From Macrostomum lignano (lineage: Eukaryota): a stretch of DNA of 64,000 nt. The translations under genes were made by a program, and so were the position numbers. The DNA lies in assembly GCA_002269645.1 (NCBI GenBank), contig NIVC01003488.1, positions 31,331 to 95,330 on the forward strand, written 5' to 3'. Below are positions 1 through 10,715 of this stretch, piece by piece (positions within the stretch are counted from its first letter, which is position 1; each line of letters begins with the position of its first letter). The notes beneath the pieces are model-generated. The model was given only the letters and a program-made list of their open reading frames with translations, was not told the origin of the DNA and made no database searches.

Positions 1-71
1 GACAGACAGACAGACAGACAGACAGATGGACACTAAGACAGACAGACAGACAGACAGACAGATGGACACTA

Positions 72-134
<63 letters not shown>

Positions 135-143
135 TGGACACTA

Positions 144-174
<31 letters not shown>

Positions 175-303
175 TGGACACTAAGACAGACAGACAAACA
201 GACAGACGATGGACTCTAAGACAGACAGACACTAAGATATACAGATGGACACTAAGACAGACAGACAAACAGACGGACAGACAGACAGACAGACAAACAG
301 ACG

Positions 304-347
<44 letters not shown>
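1..347. repeat. (GACA)n microsatellite with GATGGACACTAA interruptions
   Basis: Direct reading of the sequence; ORFs 174..401 and 245..511 are its translations. Confidence 0.97.
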
Positions 348-462
348 GGCAGGCAAAACAGACATTCTCTTCTTTTATCTTATTTAGCCTATTTTGCTTA
401 ATATCTATGCGTCTTAGTTTAGTCGCAGAGCCTGTAAGTGTGCTAAGAGCCTGTATCGATTT

Positions 463-1845
463 GGGAGTACGAGATTTGCTAGCAGGAAATCTGCTAGCCG
501 AAGTTTGCTAGCCGAAATCTGCTGGCCGAAGTTTGCCAGCCGAAGTTTGCTAGCAGGAATTTTGCTAGCGAGGATTTTGCTAGCAGGAATTTTGCTGGCC
601 GAACTTCTTGCAACCGGCGTCAAAATATTGCTTGTTTTCTGGCAATGGCAATGCATTGTTTTAGCTAAAAAAACCCCAGAGAACTAAGTAAAATTCCTAA
701 ATATTTTTCTTATAAGATCCTAAAAGCATCAGCATCAGTTCAAGTGCTTGGAAAGTCAGTTTGTCATTGTGGGGGACAGAATACTCTCAAGTCGCAATCA
801 GATAGCTCGTAGTAGGACAGTAGTTGAATTCCTTACTGAACTGTCATGGCTAAATGTTAGCAGAGAAGGCTATAAAAAGTTATTCCAAAACACTGTACAT
901 TTGCTATGTACATTGAGCCCTATCACCTGATCCTTGGTCTGGGGGAATGAGTGAGTGCAGTAGCACAAACAACAGAGAAAGCAGACAAACTTCACATGCC
1001 TACATTTTCTGTTCTAACTGAGGCACAAAGTTGAGACTATATTTGGACAGAGAATGAGTCAATGAAGAATTGTATCAAGTTTGAAGTCAATCGCTGTATA
1101 CGTGGAGCAAACTTGTGTCAGCTGAAAGTTAGTTAATTTTAAACCCCTTTCACACATCTGTCTAGTGGCCAGGAAGGAGAGAGACGGAGTTTGGGGTGGC
1201 TGTCTCGCTGACGAAAAGCAGACTAACTTTAAAAGTACACAGTGCCGTTCAGAATTAACTTCGAGACTCGAAACTTTATACGATTGTGTCAAAATAGTTG
1301 AAAATTGGATTGTGTCCAATTTGAAGAGGATTGGTAAAAGTGGAGCGACGCTATAGAGGATTTAGTGAAATTCTTGCGAAACTGGACAAGCAAATTGTCT
1401 CTAGCTAATTACAACTTCCTGAGTTCGGCTAGCCAAATTGCTGCTTGCCGGTTTTGGTTGGATTCTTGCTAGCAGATTTCGGCTAGCTAAATTCTCGCTA
1501 GCAATATTCCTGCTAGCAACTTTCGGCCAGCAAAATTCCAGCTAGCAAATCTCGGCTAGCAAAATCCTCGTTAGCAAAATTCCTGCTAGCAAGCTTCGGC
1601 TGGCAAACTTCGGCCAGCAGATTTCGGCTAGCAAACTTCGGCTAGCAAACCTCGGCTAGCAGGTTTCGGCTAGCAGATTTCGGCTAGCAAACTTCGGCCA
1701 GCAGATTTCGGCTAGCAAACTTCGGCCAGCAGATTTCGGCTAGCAAACTTCGGCTAGCAAACTTCGGCTAGCAGATTTCGGCAAGCAAATTTCTCGCTAG
1801 CAAACTTCGGCTAGCAGATTTCCTGGTAGCAAATTTCATAGACCC
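463..1845. mobile_element. Non-autonomous foldback/Mutator-like DNA transposon
   Basis: Left end GGGAGTACGAGATTTGCTAGCAGGAAATCTGCTAGCCG (463) is the imperfect reverse complement of the right end CGGCTAGCAGATTTCCTGGTAGCAAATTTCATAGACCC (1845). Both arms are built of ~15-bp GCTAGC-containing repeats (about 470-605 and 1420-1835). 9-bp TSD TATCGATTT (454-462) / TATCAATTT (1846-1854), one mismatch. No transposase inside. Confidence 0.8.
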
Positions 1846-1871
1846 TATCAATTTGCCTCCCCCGGTCGCAC

Positions 1872-2585
1872 ATGCAGAATCGGGTGCTGGACCAGCAGAT
1901 CACGCAGCTGCTAGACAGGCACCGGTACACCGGAGAAGAGCACGCCTGCAAGCGGCATCGGCAGGAGGACAACATGACCCACTGTGCCCTGATGCGCGCT
2001 CACTGTCACGCTTGGACACTGCTCGAACGGGCCATTGAGCCATTCGAACTCACCTGTACGCCGAATCACGGGCCGAAGGAGTTGGACACTCCGGTTGCGC
2101 GGCCTGTCAAAGCCGGCTGGCTGTCTAAGGCCAACAATCGCCGGTTGGCTTCCAGCAGCTGCCCAGCTAATATGGCGGCTTCATCTGGCGGCGCTGGCAG
2201 CGGCGGCGGCTTTCGCGGCCAGCGCTGCTGGCAGCCACCGGCCCAGCCACCAGCTGCTCGACGATTGCCGGCGGCGGCGGCGGCGGCGGCTCCCACGCCT
2301 CCGGCTGTGAACTTTTTCGAGCCTGGTTGTCAAGACGACCGCTACGCCGACGAAGTCGACGAGGATTGCGTGTCGCAGGCGCCCAGCGACTATTGTCCGG
2401 CTGCTCTGGAGCACGAGTTCACCCGGGCCGTGTCTATGGAATCGAGGCTGCCGGTCGCTGCTCGCCAGGATAGCGGCTTTGTCGACACTGTTACCGTCGG
2501 CGGCGTCGGAGGTGCCGGAGGTCGCGGTCGAGGCCGCGGTCGACCGAAGGCTAGCGGACCTCGCGCACCTATCATTATCGACTGA
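1872..2585 (+). CDS. Probable terminal exon of an unidentified gene starting upstream of the window
   Basis: GC-rich 237-codon ORF; pyrimidine tract plus CAG acceptor at 1875-1877, so the exon probably starts at 1878; low-complexity Ala/Gly C-terminus; AT-rich 3'UTR-like sequence follows; no family recognised. Confidence 0.5.
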   Translation: MQNRVLDQQITQLLDRHRYTGEEHACKRHRQEDNMTHCALMRAHCHAWTLLERAIEPFELTCTPNHGPKELDTPVARPVKAGWLSKANNRRLASSSCPANMAASSGGAGSGGGFRGQRCWQPPAQPPAARRLPAAAAAAAPTPPAVNFFEPGCQDDRYADEVDEDCVSQAPSDYCPAALEHEFTRAVSMESRLPVAARQDSGFVDTVTVGGVGGAGGRGRGRGRPKASGPRAPIIID

Positions 2586-3129
2586 CAGAAATTTATTGAC
2601 GCTGCCTGTTTTTTGCTCAAGTCGGACAGTTCTTTTTAAGTCCGGTAAAAATCCCAATTTAAGTTGTTTTCAAAGCGCACGCTGTTGACTCACTGCAGTT
2701 TCTGTTAGGCGTTATGAGTAAAGGTATTTTAATTTTTTTCTGTCTTAAGCCAGTCCTGATTAGTCTTTTGTGGCATCCTCCGTTTAGCATTTAAGTTTTT
2801 TATGAATTTGTACTTCAAAACTAACGCTTGTTACGATCTTATGTAACTCGCTTTAGCATTGTTTTAATAGAAATTCACTAGCGTCTCTCAAATGCTTTTA
2901 TACAATAATTACAACAGTCGTGCTGCTGTTTAATAAAACGATCGGTGATGGTAATTTTCTGGTTTATAATAAATATAAATGCTTACAGGTGGTTCATTTG
3001 CTTTTCGATTTTTTCTGGAAAAGTTCCTTTAAAGTTCGAACTTTTTTGTAAAAATACGCTGCGCCTCATCAGGCGCCAGGTGGAATGTACAGCTGGTACA
3101 GTGCTAACAGTCCCTCCTAGCTCAGGGCT

Positions 3130-3400
3130 GCCAACCAATCACAGCAGGGTGAGCTGGAGCTCAGAGCTGCTAGCCAATCACAGCAGGGAGAGTTGGAGCT
3201 CAGAGCTGCCAGCCAATCACAGCAGGGTGAGCTGGAGCTCAGAGCTGCTAGCCAATCACAGCAGGGAGAGTTGGAGCTCAGAGCTGCTAGCCAATCACAG
3301 CAGAGAGAGTTGGAGCTCAGAGCTGCCAGCCAATCACAGCAGGGAGAGTTAGAGCTCAGAGCTGCCAGCCAATCACAGCAGGGTGAGTTGGAGCTCAGCT
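3130..3400. repeat. 39-bp minisatellite (CAGCAGGGTGAGCTGGAGCTCAGAGCTGCTAGCCAATCA)n, ~7 copies
   Basis: Period of 39 read directly (3142 to 3181). Confidence 0.95.
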
Positions 3401-4714
3401 AAATTTCCCCTCTGTTGCAATGGCTGCTTTAAAGAAATGCAGTAGGGAATGATTTAACGGCGGTCATCTTAAGGACTTGAGTAGAGGAAGGATCTCGTTT
3501 CTTATCTAAGGCATTTTAATTCACTCTATAGGTTGGTTTAGTCTGGGTCTGCATATTTCTTCGTAGCTATTGTAGAATTGCTTGCAAAAGTTTTAAGTTG
3601 TCATTTCTTATAAATCAATAAAATTGCACGCCCAATAGATAAAGATTGTTATAATAAACTTTCCTGTCCTACTTGTTGTTATTGAGCAAACTCTACGCTT
3701 AACTTGCGATTGATTTCTGATTCTTGATAGACTGTAGAGGGGAGGGGGGCAGGCGAGGTGGGGGCGGATTCGAATTCGCCAAAACTGGGAATAAGAAATC
3801 CTTTAGGCACTGCCGGAAAGCAGACGAATGGAGGATCGAGTTGGGGCAGCGAGTGCAGCTCGAGGCTGGCAGTCCCGCGGCCCTCAATTCTTAGCCGGTC
3901 CCTCCACCTCTTCTTAGTTCCGAGACATGGATTTCTAGACCAGAACGAATAATGTTGCTTGGAACATTGCTTGCTTACCGGTCTTCAGTGGTCGCTTTTC
4001 TAAGAAACGTTAGCTTGATAAGCTTAATACCATTGACCCTGAAGTAGAAGTCGTATTGCTAGTGCATTTAGTATGCTCATAGACCGAGTTTGTCTATGGC
4101 TAAACCCCATTCAGCGCTATGCGTTCTCTAGAGCTCACTTCATGTCCGTAGGCCTAAAACCAGCTTCTAGCTACGGAACTCCACGACTCCCCAGCCGTTT
4201 GAGATGAGGCATGGGCAAGAGGGCAGCGGTCTGCTTGAGTTCAACTCCTCGCCCCAGCTGCAGTCGGGCAAGTAGGCATTTTACATTCCTTCCTCGCGAT
4301 TGCCGTGCAGTGCGCGGCCGTGCTAAAGGCGAGAGGGGGTTGGTGAAGTTCCAGAGGGCACGGGAAGGGGGAGATTGGGGAGCACCGCGGGCAGAGCTAG
4401 TAATGCCGTCGCTGCGGCTTCTGGGATTGGGGGAGGACAGACAGACAGAGGAGGAGGAGACTAGGAGGTCGATTGTGGAGCTTGGGAAGGAGCTGCTCAC
4501 GCACTGAGGAGGCCTAGGGATAGAGGGAAGGAGCAGCAAGGAGGGGGGTTGGAAGATTTATTTATCCCTCCCTGCTGCCCGGTCCGCTGCGGCTATTTCT
4601 CCCTATATTGGCTTCCCCTTCTCCCACTGCATTTCCCCTTTTTTATCCCATTCCAAAAGCAACTGAGCCGCTGCCAGCTCCTGAAAGCATATTTTTCAGC
4701 AGTGAGAACTGAGA

Positions 4715-6126
4715 ATGCAATCGATTAAGTGCGTGGTGGTTGGCGACGGTGCTGTGGGCAAGACCTGCCTGCTGATCTCTTACGCAACCAACCAGTTCCC
4801 TGAAGAGTACATACCCACAGTGTTCGACACCTACAGTGCCAACGTGATGGTGCAGCAGAAGTCCATCAATTTGTGCCTGTGGGACACCGCCGGTGGGTCG
4901 CTTATTCAGTCTGTGTTAGCCCCGCTCTTCAATCCGCTCCCTCTTCAATCTGCTCCCTGCCTCCCTCTTCAATCCGCTCCCTTCCTCTTCAATCCACTCC
5001 CTTCTTCTTTTTAATCCGCTCCCTCCCTCCCTCTTCAATCCGCTCCTTTCCTCTTCAATCCGCTCCTTTCCTCTTCAATCCGCTCCCTCCCTCCCTCTTC
5101 AATCCGCTCCCTCCCTCCCTCTTCAATCCGCTCACTCCCTCCCTCTTCAATCCGCTCCCTCCCTCCCTCTTCAATCTGCTCCCTCCCTCCCTCTTCAATC
5201 CGCTCCTTTCCTCTTTAATCCGCTCCCTCCCTCCTCTTCAATCCGCCCTCTCGCTCCTCTTCAATCCGCCCTCTCCCTCCTCCATCCGCCCCCCCAGGCC
5301 AGGAGGAATACGACCAGCTGCGCATTCTGAGCTATCCTCAGACTGACGTCATGATCGTCTGCTTCTCGCTCGAAAACCCGGTCAGTTGCGACAATGTCCG
5401 CTCAAAATGGGTACCGGAAGTGCGGCACTACGCACCGGAAGCGCCAATCCTGCTAGTTGGCACCAAGCGAGATTTGCGCGAAGACCCCGACACAATTGAG
5501 AGACTGAGGGCCAAGGGCAAGGCGCCAGTCTCTACTGAGAAGGTGAGCTCTGGAGCCGGGTGAGGCTGACCGCGGCTCAACTCCATTTGCATTTTGATAA
5601 TTGTCATTAGCGCAGCTACTGCGCCCCATCGCCCCGCTACCCAGCTCCATTTTGTCCGCCTTCTTTGCTCACTAACCAATCATCTTTTCCCTCTCTATTC
5701 TCCCATCCTTCCTCTCAGTCTTCTCTCATACTCTACTCTCTCATCATCCCATCCAATCTCATCATCCCATCTACTCTCATATTCTACCCTCTCATCCTCC
5801 CATCGACTCTCTTATCCTACCACCCGCACCTAGTCTCTCATACTCTCCTCTACTCTCTCATTTTCTAATCTCCCATTTTTCTTCTCCCCTTCCCCTATCT
5901 CCTCCATCCTCTACCGGTATCTAAATGCAGATAAACACAGACGCATGCATCCGTAACCGTCTCCCAGGGCCTGGCTCTGGCCAAGGAGGTTCAGGCGGCG
6001 GCCTACCTGGAGTGCTCATCCAAGCTGCAGTCCGAGGTGAAATCCGTCTTCGACGAAGCCATTCGCCTTGTCCTGGTCCCTCGCCGGCCAGTTCGGAAAC
6101 AGAAGCGCGAGTGCCAACTATTGTAA
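4715..6126 (+). CDS. Rac: Rac/RhoG-like Rho-family small GTPase, 193 aa, 3 exons (4715-4892, 5298-5542, 5968-6126)
   Basis: [33 protein letters not shown]|[30 protein letters not shown] and C-terminal CAAX CQLL. GT-AG introns 4893-5297 and 5543-5967 keep the frame; total 582 nt. Confidence 0.96.
4925..5295. repeat. CT-rich ~20-24-bp minisatellite (CTCTTCAATCCGCTCCCTCC-like) filling Rac intron 1
   Basis: Direct reading; it runs into the CCCCCAG acceptor at 5297. Confidence 0.9.
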
Positions 6127-6564
6127 TATTTCGGCGCCGTTTTAAAATCTGTGCACCTCTCGAGTAGTAAAAATAGCGTCTTTCGCTATTTTTGCAATTA
6201 GAATTCGAAAATTTTTTCTTTACTTGAGGACCGACTGATAAACCCTACTTATATAAGTAGTACCTTGAAGATGGCATTTCGTCTTTGGATTAGTGAAGTT
6301 GAGGCACAAGCAACCACAAAAAACTAAACGTCACGATATAATGCTTGCTTTAATTATTATTTTTTGCTAGCTTCCAAAGTCTTCTTCAAAAAGACTAACA
6401 AAGAGAGCGTCTTGTTTTCGAAAACTCGTTCATGTATTTGTAGTATTGTTCCTTGTGCCGCTTGACTCTGCGCTTTTTGTTGAATAGCCTTGCTTTCTAA
6501 GAAATAATAAGATTTGCGATTCTGTCTATTTACATGTATTAGCATGAGTGACTGTGAAAGCACT

Positions 6565-7085
6565 GTTAGACAGTGGCGCTGACCTGTTAGACAGTAGCGT
6601 CTACCTGTTAGACCGTAGCATCTACCTGTTAGACGGTAGCGTCTACCTGTTAGACAGTAGCATCTACCTGTTAGACGGTAGCGTCTACCTGTTAGACCGT
6701 AGCATCTACCTGTTAGACAGTAGCGTCTACCTGTTAGACCGTAGCATCTACCTGTTAGACAGTAGCATCTACCTGTTAGACAGTAGCATCTACCTGTTAG
6801 ACAGTAGCATCTACCTGTTAGACAGTAGCATCTACCTGTTAGACGGTAGCGTCTACCTGTTAGACAGTAGCATCTACCTGTTAGACAGTAGCGTCTACCT
6901 GTTAGACAGTAGCATCTACCTGTTAGACAGTAGCGTCTACCTGTTAGACGGTAGCGTCTACCTGTTAGACAGTAGCATCTACCTGTTAGACAGTAGCGTC
7001 TACCTGTTAGACAGTAGCGCGTCTACCTGTTAGACGGTAGCGTCTACCTGTTAGACGGTAGCGTCTACCTGTTAGACAGTGGCGC
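6565..7085. repeat. 21-bp minisatellite (CTACCTGTTAGACAGTAGCAT)n
   Basis: Direct reading; ORF 6548..7033 (SSIYLLD)n is its translation. Confidence 0.97.
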
Positions 7086-7759
7086 CCACAACAGCCGGTC
7101 AGTTATCAGTGCCATGCATGTTTGTATTCTGTAATTTATCACCCGCTTGTTGCTTCCACAGTTCATTATGCTCGTATATTCAATATCCTATTTGCAAGAG
7201 CTCGCTCGCAAGTCCACCGCGATCATGCGGCACCCACGAATCAAGGACAAGCCAATAACCATGTACACCTGGCCTCCATCTCATTTCTAAGAAAATCAAG
7301 GATGTTATTTTTTATAGAAAGAAAGATGACCAACTGCTTCTGCTTTCGCCAATATTCCTAACGATTTGTGAAAGCACGCGGCTGCCTGCCGGCACGAAGC
7401 TTTCACATGACCGAAGTCTCAATGCGATAATCTCTTTCTCTGCTGCTTTGCGGTGAATAAATTAATACAATTGCTGTACATACGACTGCATATATTATAT
7501 TATTGCAGTACAATGCACACTGATTATGGATTATTGAACGAACGAGCCTGTTTGCAAAGTAACGCCTTAACATTGGGCTATTCGAATTTAATTCATTGCG
7601 CCTTGTGGAAGGCTGACTGGCACAGTGGATTACTAGAATCTCAGGTTAAGCAGAGCCGCCGTTAGCAAATTAAGCTTGGGGAGCTGCCGTAGACAAGCAG
7701 GCAGATTACATGTAGCACAATAAATTCAATGTACTGCATTCTGAAACCCGATTTATCCG

Positions 7760-9505
7760 CTCTCTCCTTCCTTGATCCGCCCTCTCCTTTCTCAACCCGC
7801 CCTCTCCTTCCTCAACCCGCCCTCTCCTTCCTCAACCCGCCCTCTCCTTCCTCAAACCACCCTCTCCTTCCTCGATCCGCCCTCTCCTTCCTCAAACCAC
7901 CCTCTCCTTCCTCGATCCGCCCTCTCCTTCCTCGATCCGCCCTCTCCTTCCTCAAACCACCCTCTCCTTCCTCGATCCGCCCTCTCCTTCCTCAACCCGC
8001 CCTCTCCTTCCTCAACCCGCCCTCTCCTTCCTCAACCCGCCCTCTCCTTCCTCAAACCACCCTCTCCTTCCTCGATCCGCCCTCTCCTTCCTCAAACCAC
8101 CCTCTCCTTCCTCGATCCGCCCTCTCCTTCCTCAACCCGCCCTCTCCTTCCTCAAACCACCCTCTCCTTCCTCAAACCACCCTCTCCTTCCTCAAACCAC
8201 CGTCTCCTTCTTAGATTCGCCCTCTCCTTCGTAGATCCGCCCACTCCTTCCTAGATCCGCCCTCTCCTTCCTCAACCCGCCCTCTCCTTCCTCAAACCAC
8301 CCTCTCCTTCCTAGATCCGCCCTCTCCTTCCTCAAACCACCCTCTCCTTCCTAGATCCGCCCTCTCCTTCCTCAAACCACCCTCTCCTTCCTAGATCCGC
8401 CCTCTCCTTCCTCAACCCGCCCTCTCCTTCCTCAAACCACCCTCTCCTTCCTCGATCCGCCCTCTCCTTCCTCGATCCGCCCTCTCCTTCCTCAAACCAC
8501 CCTCTCCTTCCTCGATCCGCCCTCTCCTTCCTCAACCCGCCCTCTCCTTCCTCAAACCACCCTCTCCTTCCTCAAACCACCCTCTCCTTCCTCAAACCAC
8601 CCTCTCCTTCCTCAAACCACCCTCTCCTTCCTCAAACCACCCTCTCCTTCCTCAAACCACCCTCTCCTTCCTCAAACCACCCTCTCCTTCCTCAAACCAC
8701 CCTCTCCTTCCTCAAACCACCCTCTCCTTCCTCAAACCACCCTCTCCTTCCTCAAACCACCCTCTCCTTCCTCAAACCACCCTCTCCTTCTTAGATTCGC
8801 CCTCTCCTTCGTAGATCCGCCCACTCCTTCCTAGATCCGCCCTCTCCTTCCTAGATCCGCCCTCTCCTTCCTCAACCCGCCCTCTCCTTCCTCAAACCAC
8901 CCTCTCCTTCCTCAAACCACCCTCTCCTTCCTCAAACCACCCTCTCCTTCCTCAAACCACCCTCTCCTTCCTCAAACCACCCTCTCCTTCCTCAAACCAC
9001 CCTCTCCTTCCTCAAACCACCCTCTCCTTCCTCAAACCACCCTCTCCTTCTTAGATTCGCCCTCTCCTTCGTAGATCCGCCCTCTCCTTCCTAGATCCGC
9101 CCTCTCCTTCCTCAACCCGCCCTCTCCTTCCTCAAACCACCCTCTCCTTCCTAGATCCGCCCTCTCCTTCCTCAAACCACCCTCTCCTTCCTAGATCCGC
9201 CCTCTCCTTCCTAGATCCGCCCTCTCCTTCCTCAAACCACCCTCTCCTTCCTAGATCCGCCCTCTCCTTCCTCAAATCACCCTCTCCTTCCTCAACCCGC
9301 CCTCTCCTTTCTCAACCCGCCCTCTCCTTCGTAGATCCGCCCACTCCTTCCTAGATCCGCCCTCTCCTTCCTAGATCCGCCCTCTCCTTCCTCAAACCAC
9401 CCTCTCCTTCTTCAACCCGCCCTCTCCTTTCTCAACCCGCCCTCTCCTTCCTCAAATCCACCCTCTCCTTTCTCAACCCGCCCTCTCCTTCCTCAAATCC
9501 ACCCT
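7760..9505. repeat. 20-bp minisatellite (CCTCTCCTTCCTCAAACCAC / CCTCTCCTTCCTAGATCCGC)n, ~85 copies
   Basis: Direct reading; 20-bp register across lines. Confidence 0.98.
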
Positions 9506-9974
9506 TTTTCTATTCAATTCTCGTTGGTTGTTGCACTTTGTGACAAAGAAGACCGCAAAAAGCGAGACCTCTAAATATTTTAACGGTAAACTACTATAAG
9601 TAAGTGCATTCGGATATACCAATATTTATTTTGAAAATTAAATCAGCAAATCGAATATCGTGGCAGGCATCAGCTGGAAGAATGCAAGAATGCGCGACCA
9701 GTACAAATGTTTGTTCAGATAAGGCATGCCGAAGGAAAACCCTAAGTAGATTAGGAAAGTAGAAGAAAAACAATAAGATAAAAATCTTGATTTTCGTTGA
9801 ATTTGGTGTAACATAGCTTGCGTATGACGCTGCATACCAAAATATCAAGCACTGTTTAAGTTATTTAAAGTTAATTTTTTGAATTGGCACTAAAATTCAG
9901 CTACTAATAGTAGCGAATGCTAAAAATTACTCAAGCTAATAACAAAGTTTATATAAAGCTAACCCCAGCCTGGC

Positions 9975-10400
9975 TGGGGTGGTGGTTTCGGGGCTGTGGC
10001 TACCCTGGATGGGGTGGTGGTTTCGGGGCTGTGGCTACCCTGGATGGGGTGGTGGTTTCGGGGCTGTGGCTACCCTGGATGGAGTAGTGGTTTCGGGGTT
10101 GTGGCTACCCTGGATGGGGTGGTGGTTTCGGGGCTGTGGCTACCCTGGATGGGGTGGTAGTTTCGGGGCTGTGGCTACCCTGGATGGGTGGTGATTTCGG
10201 GATTGTGGCTACCCTGGATGGGGTGGTGGTTTCGGGGTTGTGGCTACCCTGGATGGGGTGGTGGTTTCGGGGTTGTGGCTACCCTGGATGGGGCTGTGGT
10301 TGTGTGGTGTGGCTACACAGGGGCCTGAATTGGGCTGTGGTTGTGTGGTGTGGCTACACAGGGGCCTGGATTGGGCGGGGGTTGTGGCTACATAGGTGAT
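9975..10400. repeat. 35-bp G-rich minisatellite (GGGGTGGTGGTTTCGGGGCTGTGGCTACCCTGGAT)n
   Basis: Period of 35 (10011 to 10046). Confidence 0.95.
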
Positions 10401-10715
10401 TGCATGCAGTCAATCCTTTAACTGAGAACAAAACAAAACTAATAAAAGAGTGTAAAGTTAGCACAGCCAGAAGATAAAAAGCTGAGTAAGAAATCGTACC
10501 AAAAAACTAGGAATAGAATTGACAGAGTGAGTGAAAAACAGCAATAAAACAGGGTCGCATGGACGGAAATAAGCAGATTTCAAAGGCAACTTCTTAAACC
10601 ACAATCATTCATTTTTTCTCTAATATCAAAACTGATCGCAGTGAAATTTCAACAACACAACACCAGAAATTGAAACTGCACAGAAACTACACGCCAAAAC
10701 AAATGAAAATGAAAA

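Noticed and set aside
1165-1356. Transposase inside the foldback element
   Set aside because: Only short ORFs without DDE or zinc-finger motifs
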